Positions 1-10,100 of a stretch of 32,000 nt of DNA are shown here, piece after piece. Every line of letters begins with the position of its first letter. Position 1 is the first letter of the stretch. The notes beneath the pieces were generated by a model. The model worked only from the letters and a program-made list of their open reading frames with translations. It searched no databases and was not told the origin of the DNA. Source of the DNA: Vibrio vulnificus CMCP6 (GTDB taxonomy: Bacteria > Pseudomonadota > Gammaproteobacteria > Enterobacterales > Vibrionaceae); contig NC_004459.3 in NCBI RefSeq assembly GCF_000039765.1, positions 2,926,104 to 2,958,103 on the forward strand, given 5' to 3'. Both the position numbers and the translations under genes were made by a program.

Positions 1-1
1 T

Positions 2-424
2 GATGGGGCGTTAGCACGCCTCCAAGGGATCACCGACGCCGGTGGTTTTCTCGACATCAGCTTGGACTTTCTCTTCTACTCGCTCGTTCCTTTTGGCTTT
101 GTCTTGGCTAACCCAGAACAAAACGCCATTGCTGGCGCGTTTTTGATTTTCTCTTTCATTGGAACAGGCAGCAGTTTTCTCGCTTTCGCGGTAATGGCAG
201 GTAAACGGGGCATTGATAACCCGGTTTATCAAAACAAATCGCTTTATTACATGAGTGGGCTGACCGAAGGCACAGAAACCATTGCATGTTTTGTGTTGTT
301 CTGCCTCTTCCCACACTCTTTCGCGACACTTGCTTACCTCTTTGGTGCCGCATGTTGGTTCACGACAGGGACACGTATCTACTCTGGCTTTCATACTCTC
401 AATCAGGTTGATGAAGAGGAATAA
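2..424 (+). CDS. CDP-alcohol phosphatidyltransferase family protein, C-terminal part (5' end outside window)
   Basis: The frame is open from base 2 and reads DGALARLQGITDAGGFLDISLDF, close to the family motif DGxxAR(x)8G(x)3DxxxD. Hydrophobic segments follow. Stop at 422-424. Confidence 0.82.
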   Translation, partial: DGALARLQGITDAGGFLDISLDFLFYSLVPFGFVLANPEQNAIAGAFLIFSFIGTGSSFLAFAVMAGKRGIDNPVYQNKSLYYMSGLTEGTETIACFVLFCLFPHSFATLAYLFGAACWFTTGTRIYSGFHTLNQVDEEE

Positions 425-430
425 GACAAA

Positions 431-444
431 TTGATCGACGTCAA
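431..444. promoter_or_regulatory. Putative FNR/CRP-family binding site upstream of norR
   Basis: TTGAT-CGAC-GTCAA matches the FNR consensus TTGAT-N4-ATCAA with one mismatch; it lies about 86 bp upstream of the norR ATG. Confidence 0.5.
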
Positions 445-529
445 TAGAACATCAACTTTTGCCTGAATGCGATGTTCAAATGACAACACCTTGGTAGCAT
501 AACCGCTCAAAATCCCATAAGAGGCGGTT

Positions 530-2059
530 ATGTCCCAAACGATTGACCAAGCGGTGTTGAAAATCGCACTGAATTTAAGTTCAACCCTATCAAGCGAACA
601 ACAGTACCAACACTTGATTGATGGCATCGCTTCAGTATTTCCTTGTGATGCCGCCGCGTTATTTGTATTTGACCAAGACGGTTTTCTTACGCCCGTTGCG
701 GTGAAGGGCTTATCCCCAGCGGTATTAGGCCGACGTTATTTTCCCGCCACCCATCCCCGTTTAGAGCGTATTTTACAAAGTCGCCACACGGTGCGCTTTG
801 ATGCCGATTGCGCCCTACCCGATCCCTTTGATGGTTCGCTGCTCACCGAAGATCAATGTATCGATGTGCACGATTGTCTTGGCAGCAGCCTTTATGTCGA
901 CGGCCAATTGGTTGGTGTACTAACAATGGATGCTCTGACCGTCGGCGCCTTTGATTATCTCGACCCCGTGATGGTGGAAACCTTTACCGCCTTAACCGCG
1001 GCCACCTTGCGCAATATTGCCCAGTTCAAGGCCTTGAAAGCGCAAAACAAAAAGCAAAAAAGCGTCACGCAAACGCTGATCCAGCAAGCGCGATCCCAGC
1101 AAGGAGAAATGGTGGGATTTAGCCCGCAAATCAATCAGCTGCGCAAACAAATCACCACCGTTGCCCCTTCAGATTACGCAGTATTGATCATGGGAGAAAC
1201 GGGCACAGGCAAAGAGCTGGTGGCGCATAACGTTCATGCGCAATCGCATCGCAGTGACAAGCCGATGATTTACGTGAACTGTGCGGCGCTCCCAGAAGGA
1301 TTGGCCGAGAGTGAGCTGTTTGGGCATGTAAAGGGCGCCTTTACCGGCGCCAATCAACATCGTGCAGGGAAATTCGAGCTGGCTGATGGGGGCACTATTT
1401 TTCTTGATGAAGTGGGCGAGCTGCCTCTGGTACTGCAAGCCAAATTGCTGCGCGTGATTCAGCAAGGGGAATTGCAGCGAGTCGGCAGTGATAAACACCT
1501 GCTGGTGAATGTGCGCATCATTGCCGCCACCAACCGAGATTTGGAGAAAGAAGTCGAAACAGGCCATTTTCGCGCCGACCTTTTCCATCGTCTGAATGTT
1601 TTCCCAATCAAGGTTCCAGCCCTACGTGAGCGAGAAGGCGATATCCCAGTATTAGCCGGTTATCTGCTTGAAAAAGTTCGCCATCAATTCAATGAGCCTA
1701 ACTTGCATGTTCACCCAAAACTTTTGAACCAATTAGAGCATCTACCTTGGTATGGTAACGTTCGTGAACTAGAACACACCCTCACTCGCGCCGCTTTGCA
1801 TGCCATTCAACAAGGACAGACCACCATCAAAAGCGACCATATTGGGACACTGACAAATCAACTTGATGTCAAAAACACATCCACCCTCTTTCCTGAACAA
1901 ACTCAAGGGATGAGAGAGTTGGTCGAATCCTATCAAAAACAATTAATTGAACACGCTTTATCCCAATCGGATGGAATTTGGGCGAAAGCCGCAGAGTTTC
2001 TACAGATGGACAGAGGCAATTTGTACCGGATGGGGAAAAAATTAGGGGTTAAAGCGTAG
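530..2059 (+). CDS. norR: Nitric oxide-responsive sigma54-dependent regulator NorR
   Basis: 509 aa: N-terminal GAF domain, AAA+ domain with Walker A GETGTGKE, loop GAFTGA and a C-terminal Fis-like HTH (WAKAAEFLQMDRGNLYRMGKKLGVK). Adjacent to hcp-hcr. Confidence 0.93.
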   Translation: MSQTIDQAVLKIALNLSSTLSSEQQYQHLIDGIASVFPCDAAALFVFDQDGFLTPVAVKGLSPAVLGRRYFPATHPRLERILQSRHTVRFDADCALPDPFDGSLLTEDQCIDVHDCLGSSLYVDGQLVGVLTMDALTVGAFDYLDPVMVETFTALTAATLRNIAQFKALKAQNKKQKSVTQTLIQQARSQQGEMVGFSPQINQLRKQITTVAPSDYAVLIMGETGTGKELVAHNVHAQSHRSDKPMIYVNCAALPEGLAESELFGHVKGAFTGANQHRAGKFELADGGTIFLDEVGELPLVLQAKLLRVIQQGELQRVGSDKHLLVNVRIIAATNRDLEKEVETGHFRADLFHRLNVFPIKVPALREREGDIPVLAGYLLEKVRHQFNEPNLHVHPKLLNQLEHLPWYGNVRELEHTLTRAALHAIQQGQTTIKSDHIGTLTNQLDVKNTSTLFPEQTQGMRELVESYQKQLIEHALSQSDGIWAKAAEFLQMDRGNLYRMGKKLGVKA

Positions 2060-2081
2060 GCAACTGAGTATTTCTTGATGT

Positions 2082-2110
2082 AAAAAAGACACGGGTAGCG
2101 TGTCTTTTTT
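2082..2110. terminator. Intrinsic terminator after norR, symmetric A/T flanks
   Basis: AAAAAAGACACG-GGTAG-CGTGTCTTTTTT: perfect 12-bp stem with a 5-nt loop. Confidence 0.85.
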
Positions 2111-2166
2111 ACATCACAGGCATGAGTAATTTAAAAATAAATTCTTTAATTTCATATAGATAACAG

Positions 2167-2183
2167 TTGGCACGCAATCTGCT
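2167..2183 (+). promoter_or_regulatory. Sigma54 (-24/-12) promoter of hcp-hcr
   Basis: TTGGCACGCAATCTGCT compared with YTGGCACG-N4-TTGCW: GG (2169-2170) and GC (2181-2182) are separated by exactly 10 nt, with one mismatch in the -12 element. Confidence 0.85.
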
Positions 2184-2216
2184 CTTAGGTGAACGTTTTT
2201 AATCTAATAACAACAA

Positions 2217-2237
2217 CCTAAACCCATTTCGTTTAGG
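2217..2237 (+). other. Hairpin in the hcp 5' leader
   Basis: CCTAAAC-CCATTTC-GTTTAGG: 7-bp perfect stem with a 7-nt loop, ending 25 nt before the hcp ATG. Confidence 0.5.
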
Positions 2238-2262
2238 GGTAACGACACCGGAGACGCCAACT

Positions 2263-3924
2263 ATGTTCTGTATTCAATGTGAACAGACGATTCAAACCCC
2301 AGCCGTAAAAGGCTGCTCTTTTGCTCAAGGTATGTGCGGAAAAACCGCAGAAGTGTCCGATTTGCAAGACGTCCTTGTCTACTCATTACAAGGGGTTTCC
2401 TACTGGGCGACTCAAGCGCATCGATACGGCATCATTAACGATGAAATCAATCAATGGGCGCCAAAAGCGTTTTTCTCCACACTGACCAACGTTAACTTCG
2501 ATCCTGAACGTATTCTGCAATTAACCTCTCAAGCCGCTCAATTTAAAGCACAGCTAAAAGACCAAGTACTCACTGCCTCTTCATTGGCAAACTCGCCACT
2601 GTCAGAGGTTCCTGCGGTTGCCGAGTTTGAACTGCCAGAAAACGCACAAGCCATTCTCGCCTTCGCCCCACAAGTTGCGGTTAATCGTGGCAAAGAAGGT
2701 GTTCATGAAGACGTCATTGGCCTGCGCTTACTCTGCCTGTATGGCTTAAAAGGAGCCGCCGCCTATATGGAACACGCACGCGTGTTGGAACAAACCAACA
2801 ACGACATTTATGCGGAGTACCACGAAATCATGGCTTGGTTAGGCACCGATCCTGAAGATCTTGGCGAGCTGCTGGACTGTTCAATGCGTATTGGCCTAAT
2901 GAACTACAAAGTGATGGAAATGCTCGATCATGGCGAAACCGCGACCTTCGGCCACCCGGTTCCTACCGCAGTCAACGTCAAACCAGTCAAAGGCAAATGC
3001 ATCTTGGTTTCCGGCCATGACTTACACGATTTAGAAAAAATCTTGCAACAAACCGAAGGCAAAGGCATCAACGTCTACACTAACGGTGAAATGTTACCGG
3101 CGCACGGCTATCCAGAACTGAACAAATATCCACACCTGGTTGGTAACTATGGCAGTGCTTGGCAAAACCAACAAAAAGAATTTGCGAACTTCCCGGGGGC
3201 CATTGTGATGACGTCAAACTGCCTGCTGAACCCCAATGTGGGCCAATACGCAGACCGTTTGTTCACGCGTAGCATCGTAGGCTGGCCGGGTGTCGCTCAT
3301 ATTGAAGATGACGATTTCAGTGCCGTGATTGAATCTGCGTTGGCACAACCGGGCTTCCAACACGATGAGATCGAGCACATGATCACCGTCGGCTTTGGCC
3401 GTAACGCACTGATGAATGCCGCCCCTGCGGTGATCGATCAAGTGAAACAAGGCAACATCAAACATTTCTTCCTTGTGGGTGGATGTGACGGTGACAAGGC
3501 CGAGCGCAGCTACTACACCGACTTCACCGAAGCCGCACCAGAAGATACGCTGATCTTAACGCTTGCTTGCGGTAAGTTCCGTTTCAACAAAAACACCTTC
3601 GGTGACATCAACGGCATCCCTCGCCTACTCGATGTTGGCCAGTGTAACGACGCGTATTCCGCGATTCAATTGGCGTTGGCGCTGGCGCAAGAGTTTGACT
3701 GTGGCATCAACGAACTGCCACTAACGCTTGTCCTCTCATGGTTTGAGCAAAAAGCGATTGTTATCCTGCTCACCTTGTTCGCACTGGGTGTGAAAGGCAT
3801 TTACACCGGTCCAACGGCTCCTGCGTTTTTGACCCCTAACCTGATTGCCATCATTCAAGAGAAGTTTGATATGCGCAGCATCGGTAATGTTCAGGACGAT
3901 CTGAACACCATTCTTGCCGCTTAA
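2263..3924 (+). CDS. hcp: Hydroxylamine reductase / hybrid cluster protein
   Basis: 553 aa with N-terminal cysteine motif C-x2-C-x11-C-x6-C ([27 protein letters not shown]) and downstream hybrid-cluster motifs ([34 protein letters not shown]). Confidence 0.96.
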
Positions 3925-3930
3925 TCACTC

Positions 3931-3952
3931 GTGCCCTCCTTCGTGAGGGCAC
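3931..3952 (+). other. Intercistronic hairpin between hcp and hcr
   Basis: GTGCCCTC-CTTCGT-GAGGGCAC: 8-bp perfect stem, followed by a pyrimidine-rich stretch without a clear T run. Confidence 0.55.
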
Positions 3953-3985
3953 TTATCTTCCTTCTATCCCAACAAAGAGTGCTCT

Positions 3986-5029
3986 ATGTTTTTTGAATGG
4001 CAAGGCAACGAACCCGCAACGTTGCAATGCGTAGACAAGTTTTTCGAAACCGATGACACGGTTTCCATCCGTCTCGCTGATCTCACTGAATCGCTGCTTT
4101 TTCAATTTAAGCCAGGCCAGTTCGTTAACCTTGGTGTAGAGATCGACGGCAAGATGGAATTTCGTGCCTACTCAATCAGTTCGCTGGCTGGTGAAGAATA
4201 CCTTCAGTTCACCATCAAACGAGTTGAGGGGGGCAAAGTGTCGAACTTCATCATCGACTCTCTGCTTATCGGAGATACGGTTCAAGCCCTCGCCCCTGCG
4301 GGTGAGTTTAATTGTGTTGACCACCCACCACGTGAATTAGATGGACAAGGGAAAGCACTCTTGATCAGCGCTGGATGTGGTGTCACTCCCGTTTTTGCCA
4401 TGGCCAAACATTGGCTGAATAACGAGATGAATGTCGATATTGAGTTTCTTCATATTGCCCGCTCAGCCCAAGAAACGATTTATTTTGATCACCTATCCAC
4501 CTGCCAGTCGGCCTATGCTCATTTCCATTTAAAGCTGCTGCTCAAAGATGCCCAAGGTACAACGCACCCACAAGGGCGATTCAATGCGCAATGGCTGCAA
4601 GATTTGGTGCCAGACTTTGCCACTCGTACCATCTATCTCTGTGGGCCAAATCAGTTTATGCAAGACACGCAAGACTATTTGCAAGCCTTAGGGTTTGATA
4701 TGAACCACTTTTATCACGAAAGTTTTACCCCAGAGAAAGTCGAAGCTATGGAAGCGAGCGATGAAGAGGTTTGTATTTCGGTGCCTGACTTCGCCCAAAC
4801 CATCAACGCCAAGAAAGGTCAGTTGTTGGCGGATGTACTTGAAAATGCGGGTCTGCCGTTGATTGTCGCTTGTCGCAGTGGCATTTGTGGCTCATGTAAG
4901 TGCAAAGTGGCGAATGGCCAAGTGCGTTCCATCAGCCAAGAAACGCTCACCACCGAAGAAATTGCGCAAGGTTATGTTCTGGCTTGCTCATCGCACATCG
5001 AATCGGATCTGGAGGTGTGCTTGCACTAA
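3986..5029 (+). CDS. hcr: NADH oxidoreductase Hcr (Hcp reductase)
   Basis: 347 aa: FAD-binding RAYSISS, NAD-binding GCGVTPVFAMA, and a C-terminal 2Fe-2S ferredoxin domain (CRSGICGSCKCKVANG). Directly downstream of hcp. Confidence 0.92.
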   Translation: MFFEWQGNEPATLQCVDKFFETDDTVSIRLADLTESLLFQFKPGQFVNLGVEIDGKMEFRAYSISSLAGEEYLQFTIKRVEGGKVSNFIIDSLLIGDTVQALAPAGEFNCVDHPPRELDGQGKALLISAGCGVTPVFAMAKHWLNNEMNVDIEFLHIARSAQETIYFDHLSTCQSAYAHFHLKLLLKDAQGTTHPQGRFNAQWLQDLVPDFATRTIYLCGPNQFMQDTQDYLQALGFDMNHFYHESFTPEKVEAMEASDEEVCISVPDFAQTINAKKGQLLADVLENAGLPLIVACRSGICGSCKCKVANGQVRSISQETLTTEEIAQGYVLACSSHIESDLEVCLH

Positions 5030-5054
5030 CAAGCTATGCATTTGATAAACAAAC

Positions 5055-5072
5055 GCCCTCACGATTGAGGGC
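5055..5072 (+). terminator. Probable terminator after hcr
   Basis: GCCCTC-ACGATT-GAGGGC followed by ATTTT. Confidence 0.55.
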
Positions 5073-5097
5073 ATTTTCACGTGCGGTGGATACGCTG

Positions 5098-6030
5098 TTA
5101 ATTGAAGCGCAGCACTTTCAGCGCGGCTTCACTGTCGATATCCATAAACTCAGGGGGATTGTCCAAACGCTCACGGAAGGTCAACTGGGGCGCTTCTTCT
5201 TTCATGCTTTCAATCAAGAAATCACTGCTCACTGCAGGAGAGTTAACGCATGCCAACACCTCACCTTGGTCTGTCAATAACTCTGGCAGACGGCGAAGAA
5301 TCTTCTTGTAATCCTTGGTTAGCGCAAAACTGCCCTTTTGAAACGACGGCGGATCAATAATCACCAAATCATAAGGGCCCGCTTTTTTGATTTTCCCCCA
5401 AGATTTAAAGATGTCGTATCCCAAGAAGCTAACCTGATTGATGTTGTGCTCATTTAACTTGTGGTTGTCACGCCCTTTCGACAATGACGATTTGGCCATA
5501 TCGACATTCACCACTTTGTCCGCTCCACCTGCGATCGCCGCAACAGAGAAACCACAGGTGTAGGCAAACAAGTTGAGTACATTTTTGTGTTTGGCATTTT
5601 TGCGTACCCAATCGCGGCCATAGCGCATATCCAAAAAGAGGCCAAAGTTCTGATTTCGGCCAATATCTAATTGATATTTCAGGCCACTCTCGACAACCAC
5701 AGGACGCGCTTCCAACTCGCCAACCAACACTTCGGCTGGATCACCATCGGCATAGCGGTGCTGAATCACCACGCAGCGACCAAGCTTCTCTTGCCACAAT
5801 GGTGTGTTCGTTAGTGCTAACAAACCTTCTCTTAGACATTGTAAGAACGCCTCATCCACTTGTTTGAAGAGATTGACGATCAACTGGCCGTGCAGCCAAT
5901 CACAGGTAATTTGTTCTAGCCCTTCAAAACGTCGGCCACGCCCATGAAAAAGACGGCGAATCTCATCGGGAGCTTGCTGTAACTGCGATTCGACATGCTG
6001 GAAAAATGTCGTTAGGTGTGATGCTTGCAT
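5098..6030 (-). CDS. Class I SAM-dependent methyltransferase (RlmI/RlmK C-terminal-like)
   Basis: 310 aa containing VLNLFAYTCGFSVAAIAGGADKVVNVDMAKSSL and DLVIIDPPSFQKGSF, typical of RlmI/RlmK-type enzymes. Confidence 0.82.
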   Translation of the reverse strand: MQASHLTTFFQHVESQLQQAPDEIRRLFHGRGRRFEGLEQITCDWLHGQLIVNLFKQVDEAFLQCLREGLLALTNTPLWQEKLGRCVVIQHRYADGDPAEVLVGELEARPVVVESGLKYQLDIGRNQNFGLFLDMRYGRDWVRKNAKHKNVLNLFAYTCGFSVAAIAGGADKVVNVDMAKSSLSKGRDNHKLNEHNINQVSFLGYDIFKSWGKIKKAGPYDLVIIDPPSFQKGSFALTKDYKKILRRLPELLTDQGEVLACVNSPAVSSDFLIESMKEEAPQLTFRERLDNPPEFMDIDSEAALKVLRFN

Positions 6031-6050
6031 CTCTGTCTCTACTCATTCGT

Positions 6051-6746
6051 TTATTTATTGATGGTTGGCCAGTTGAGTCGCCAAGGTGTTAACCATTGTT
6101 CAATCGCTTGGTTAAGCGCCTCGCTGTTCCATTTCTTCCCCAGGGCAGGTTGATTTCTCGGGTCGCACACAAAGTGGTATTGCTCACCTTGGTATTGGAA
6201 ACCAAGACAAAACGCGTGCAAGTAACCACGATCGGAATCGCTGCCCGCATTGTAGATGGGATCGCCAACAATGCTTGAGCCTACCGATTTTAACGCCACG
6301 CGGATCTGGTGGGTTTTGCCTGTGTAGGGTTTACACAGAAAGGCACGTTCTCCCGGTTCTCCGGCAAGGGAAAAGAACTGAGTGATGGCGGGATTTTGCT
6401 TACTGTTGACCAGCTTCCAGCTGGCCCTTCGTGAGCGTTCCATATCGCCAATAACGGTACCTTGTTTTTTCTTTGGCTTCTTCGCGCCAATGGCGAGATA
6501 GAACTTCTCCACCTCTCGTTGCGCAAAGCGTTGTGAAAGCGCGCTGGCCGCCGTGCTGTTTCTTCCCAGCAGCAAAATACCAGAAGTCATTTTGTCCAAA
6601 CGATGAATGAGGTAAAGCTGCTCATCGCCACTCACTTTCGCGACTTCTTGGAGCAACATGGTGTCGCCATCGTCCTTATGTACCGAAACATGCGGGTATT
6701 TGTTGATGATTAAAAAATCGGGATGGGTGAAGAGTATGTCAAACAT
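6051..6746 (-). CDS. RluA-family pseudouridine synthase
   Basis: Catalytic motif YLIHRLDKMTSGILLL plus KPYTGKTHQIRVAL. The supplied ORF extends to 6839, but family-like sequence begins at MFDILFTHPDFLIINK (ATG at 6746). Confidence 0.85.
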   Translation of the reverse strand: MFDILFTHPDFLIINKYPHVSVHKDDGDTMLLQEVAKVSGDEQLYLIHRLDKMTSGILLLGRNSTAASALSQRFAQREVEKFYLAIGAKKPKKKQGTVIGDMERSRRASWKLVNSKQNPAITQFFSLAGEPGERAFLCKPYTGKTHQIRVALKSVGSSIVGDPIYNAGSDSDRGYLHAFCLGFQYQGEQYHFVCDPRNQPALGKKWNSEALNQAIEQWLTPWRLNWPTINK

Positions 6747-6859
6747 GGCGTAAAAAGCGTTTAAGCCCAATGAAGCGTCAATGGCTGGTTTCAAGAATAA
6801 GGGCGAAGTATACCCTTTATCACCATGAATACCAGCCAAAGAGCCAGAGTGCGGCGGTG

Positions 6860-8476
6860 TTACGCGATACGGAACTTACCAATCAACTGTTCAAGCTGTG
6901 CCACTTTGCTTCCCAGCCCCGCCACGCTGGCTGAGCTGCGATTGGCAAGTGCAAGAGATTGCTCTGAGATGTCACTGATGGCCGTGATGTCAGAGGCGAT
7001 TTCTTTGGTCACGGCGGTCTGTTCCTCTGCGGCGGTCGCGATTGAATTCACCATGCTTTGCACGTTCGCCGCTCCAGCCACGATCGCCTCCAGTGACGCG
7101 ACTGCGCCTTGGCTTTGCTCAACACCAATTTCAACCAAACGGCAGTTGTCTTGAGTGTAAGTCACCGCATCATGCGTCCCTGATTGAATGGCTTGAATGA
7201 TATCTGCCACTTCCTTGGTCGCTTTGGTGGTTCTTTCAGCTAACGCTCTAACCTCATCTGCTACCACCGCAAAACCACGGCCAAACTCACCAGCGCGGGC
7301 CGCTTCAATCGCCGCATTCAACGCCAAAAGGTTGGTTTGCGCTGCAATATCTTCAATCACCTTAATCACGCTACCAATTTGTTCGCTATGTGTTCCTAGT
7401 GCGTTCATTTGCACCGACATATCACTCATTTGCTGAGAGACTTGCTGAATGCTCGCCACCATATCGACGATCACTTTTCGCCCCTCTTCGGCTGAAGACT
7501 CTGAACGTTTGGCTTCCTCAAACGTTGAGGTGCCTTGTTGCGCGACTTCAGAGATCGTGAGGCTAAGCTCTTCGGCTGCGGTGGCAATCAAATTCGCTTT
7601 GTCAGCTTGCGCGGATGCGCCCTGAACAATGTCTCGGCTCACATTATTGAGATCGCCAGTCACCACTTGCACTTCACGGGTGACCGAAGAGATTGAGCCA
7701 ATGAGACTCACAAGCGAATGCTGCATTTTATTGACGGACGCGGCGAGGTTAGCCAACTCATCGCCTGAACGATCTTCAATATCTTCTGCGGTGAGATCGC
7801 CACCAGCAACACGTTGAGCCACTTCATCTAGCTTACTCAAACGGACGGTAATCGAATTTGAAAGCAGGTAAGCGATTGCACAAGTCAGTACAATCCCAAT
7901 CGCGGTGAGTATCATGATGGTACGCTCAATATTAGACAGAGAGTCCTCTAAGGCCCCCATGGCCGCATCTGCACCCGCAATTTCTTCCTCTGATGCCTCA
8001 TCAAGCATGTTTTCAATTGGAATCAAGTGGGTTTGATACAACGTGCGTAAAGCCACAATCAGAGATTCATCAATGTCTCCCTGTCCATTTTTCGCCAAAA
8101 TTTGAGCTTCAAATGCGTCAGTAAACTGCTTCATGGACGATTCAATTTTCTCAAGGCGGCGATCATCTTCTCCCCCTGGCGTTTCAAGTTTACGCACTTC
8201 TCTTAGTGCGTCCGCAAACTCCCCTTTGTTGTCACGGTAATCTTGCGCTGCGCCTTCTACGCCTGTCACAACCCCCATCGCATCACGGTAGACGTCTCCC
8301 GCTTCATCCACCAAAATTAAGTAGTAAACCACTTCTGGTACATCGTCTTGACGCACTTCATTGGCCACAGAATGCGACTCCGTCACTTCTATCCAAATCG
8401 TCGTCACCATCACCAGCATAATGGCTAAAATACTGCCAAAACCAGCGTAGAGCTTTTTCCTGACTGACATCTTCAC
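6860..8476 (-). CDS. Methyl-accepting chemotaxis protein
   Basis: 538 aa with an N-terminal TM helix, periplasmic helical domain, second TM, HAMP and the conserved signalling hairpin [43 protein letters not shown]. Confidence 0.95.
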   Translation of the reverse strand: MKMSVRKKLYAGFGSILAIMLVMVTTIWIEVTESHSVANEVRQDDVPEVVYYLILVDEAGDVYRDAMGVVTGVEGAAQDYRDNKGEFADALREVRKLETPGGEDDRRLEKIESSMKQFTDAFEAQILAKNGQGDIDESLIVALRTLYQTHLIPIENMLDEASEEEIAGADAAMGALEDSLSNIERTIMILTAIGIVLTCAIAYLLSNSITVRLSKLDEVAQRVAGGDLTAEDIEDRSGDELANLAASVNKMQHSLVSLIGSISSVTREVQVVTGDLNNVSRDIVQGASAQADKANLIATAAEELSLTISEVAQQGTSTFEEAKRSESSAEEGRKVIVDMVASIQQVSQQMSDMSVQMNALGTHSEQIGSVIKVIEDIAAQTNLLALNAAIEAARAGEFGRGFAVVADEVRALAERTTKATKEVADIIQAIQSGTHDAVTYTQDNCRLVEIGVEQSQGAVASLEAIVAGAANVQSMVNSIATAAEEQTAVTKEIASDITAISDISEQSLALANRSSASVAGLGSKVAQLEQLIGKFRIA

Positions 8477-8516
8477 AACACTTCCCTTCTTAATATAAAT
8501 AGAGCAATCACCATTT

Positions 8517-8543
8517 ATATCGACAAGCTAATCAATATGTTTA
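8517..8543 (-). promoter_or_regulatory. Putative sigma28 (FliA) promoter for the MCP gene
   Basis: Minus strand TAAA-N15-GTCGATAT against consensus TAAA-N15-GCCGATAA: exact spacing and 6/8 in the -10 element, about 40 nt upstream of the MCP ATG. Confidence 0.6.
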
Positions 8544-8561
8544 GTGTGATGCGTCGCAAAA

Positions 8562-8588
8562 AAAAACCTCCTTTTGAAGGAGGTTTTT
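8562..8588. terminator. Intrinsic terminator, probably of the NSS transporter gene
   Basis: AAAAACCTCCTT-TTG-AAGGAGGTTTTT, perfect stem; T run on both strands. Confidence 0.85.
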
Positions 8589-8609
8589 ATCACTCAAACG
8601 GATTTGAAT

Positions 8610-10043
8610 TTAGAGTTTCTTCGACAGTAGCCCTGCGAAGACGAAGATGGAAATACCAAGAACCATGATCTCGCCTTTGCCGCTATCAAAGCCCGACTTG
8701 ATGCCCATCACTGCTACGATGGCAATCGCTACAGGGATAATGTACTTCACTAGGTTGTACCAAACACCGAATAGTGGGAAAGAGACTTTGCCGTCGTTGG
8801 TGATCTCTTTTTCAAGATCTTCGCGACTCAAACGCCAGCCAGCAAAGATACACACCAACATACCACCCACCGCAAGGAAGATCTTATCGGTTAGCAAGTC
8901 GAAGATATCAAATGCACCAGTATCAAACAGTTTTGGACCCACACCACCGAGTGACAGTGAAGCGAAGATACACAAAGACGCCATCACAATACTTGATGAA
9001 ATAACAGCCGTTGAACGCTTCATGCCTTTCTCATCGATGAGGTAAGAAACCACCACTTCAAGAAGAGAAACGGAAGAAGTCAGTGCTGCTACAGTCAAAC
9101 CGATAAAGAACAGGAGCGCTAGAACTAGACCAATAACGCCACCCATTTCAGAGAACAACTGAGGCACAACAACAAATACAAGACCAGGGCCAGCGGCTGG
9201 CTCCATACCAAAAGCAAACATCGCTGGGAACATTGCGACACCCGCTAGGATAGCGACACCGGTATCCATCGCAGTAACCATACCCGTGGTTTGTACAAGG
9301 TTTTCTTGCTTCTTCAAGTAAGAGCCGTAGGTCATCATACAACCCATACCTAAGCTCAATGAGAAGAACGCCTGACCTAGAGCGGCCAGCACAACATTGC
9401 TGTCTACTTTTGAGAAGTCCGGCATAAACAGGAACTCAAGACCTGCCATCGCGCCTGGCAACATCAAACCTTTCACCGATACGATGATGAGGATGATAAA
9501 TAGCAGTGGCATTAGGACCTTGCCCGCTTTCTCGATACCGCCTGAAACACCACGCATAACAATTACGATGTTCAGTAGTAGGTAGACACCCATCCAAAGC
9601 AGAGGTTGAACCGGATCGGAAATAAACGCACCAAAGCTCGAACCAATGGTGTCTGGTGTGCTTAATAGACCACCGCCCACTTTGAAGATGTAAGCCAGTG
9701 CCCAGCCACCAACCACTGGGTAGAAACCCATGATCAATAGACCACTGAATACACCTAATACGCCTGTGAACGTCCAACGACGATCCGTTGACTTAAATGC
9801 GCCAACTGCAGAAAGACCTGTCTTACGACCAATCGCAAACTCAGTGAGCATTACGCTAAAGCCGATAAAAATAACGAAAAATAGGTAGATCGCAACGAAT
9901 GCACCGCCGCCACTCTCACCAGCTGTGTAAGGGAACTTCCATATATTGCCTAAACCGACCGCAGAGCCTGCGGCTGCCATCACGAAGCCTAGTTTAGACC
10001 CCCACGTGTCACGTGGTGCTGCACTTGTATTACTCATATCCAC
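8610..10043 (-). CDS. Neurotransmitter:sodium symporter (NSS/SNF) family Na+-dependent transporter
   Basis: 477 aa with the NSS signature GSAVGLGNIWKFPYTAGESGGGAFVAIYL and multiple TM segments. Confidence 0.93.
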   Translation of the reverse strand: MDMSNTSAAPRDTWGSKLGFVMAAAGSAVGLGNIWKFPYTAGESGGGAFVAIYLFFVIFIGFSVMLTEFAIGRKTGLSAVGAFKSTDRRWTFTGVLGVFSGLLIMGFYPVVGGWALAYIFKVGGGLLSTPDTIGSSFGAFISDPVQPLLWMGVYLLLNIVIVMRGVSGGIEKAGKVLMPLLFIILIIVSVKGLMLPGAMAGLEFLFMPDFSKVDSNVVLAALGQAFFSLSLGMGCMMTYGSYLKKQENLVQTTGMVTAMDTGVAILAGVAMFPAMFAFGMEPAAGPGLVFVVVPQLFSEMGGVIGLVLALLFFIGLTVAALTSSVSLLEVVVSYLIDEKGMKRSTAVISSSIVMASLCIFASLSLGGVGPKLFDTGAFDIFDLLTDKIFLAVGGMLVCIFAGWRLSREDLEKEITNDGKVSFPLFGVWYNLVKYIIPVAIAIVAVMGIKSGFDSGKGEIMVLGISIFVFAGLLSKKL

Positions 10044-10100
10044 GCTCTATCTCCAAAAAATATGTTGTGTTTGCATCCAGATGAGCGTCTAAATAGGTTA

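Noticed and set aside
11-394. 127-aa minus-strand ORF at the window start
   Set aside because: Antisense to the CDP-alcohol phosphatidyltransferase reading frame, with no recognisable family features.
5055-5072. Shared GCCCTC...GAGGGC core among hairpins at 3931-3952, 5055-5072 and a similar CGCCCTCAC at 13835-13843, as a possible dispersed repeat family
   Set aside because: Similarity is confined to 6-9 nt of GC-rich stem, as expected for intrinsic terminators; flanks and loops differ, so there is no evidence of a mobile repeat.
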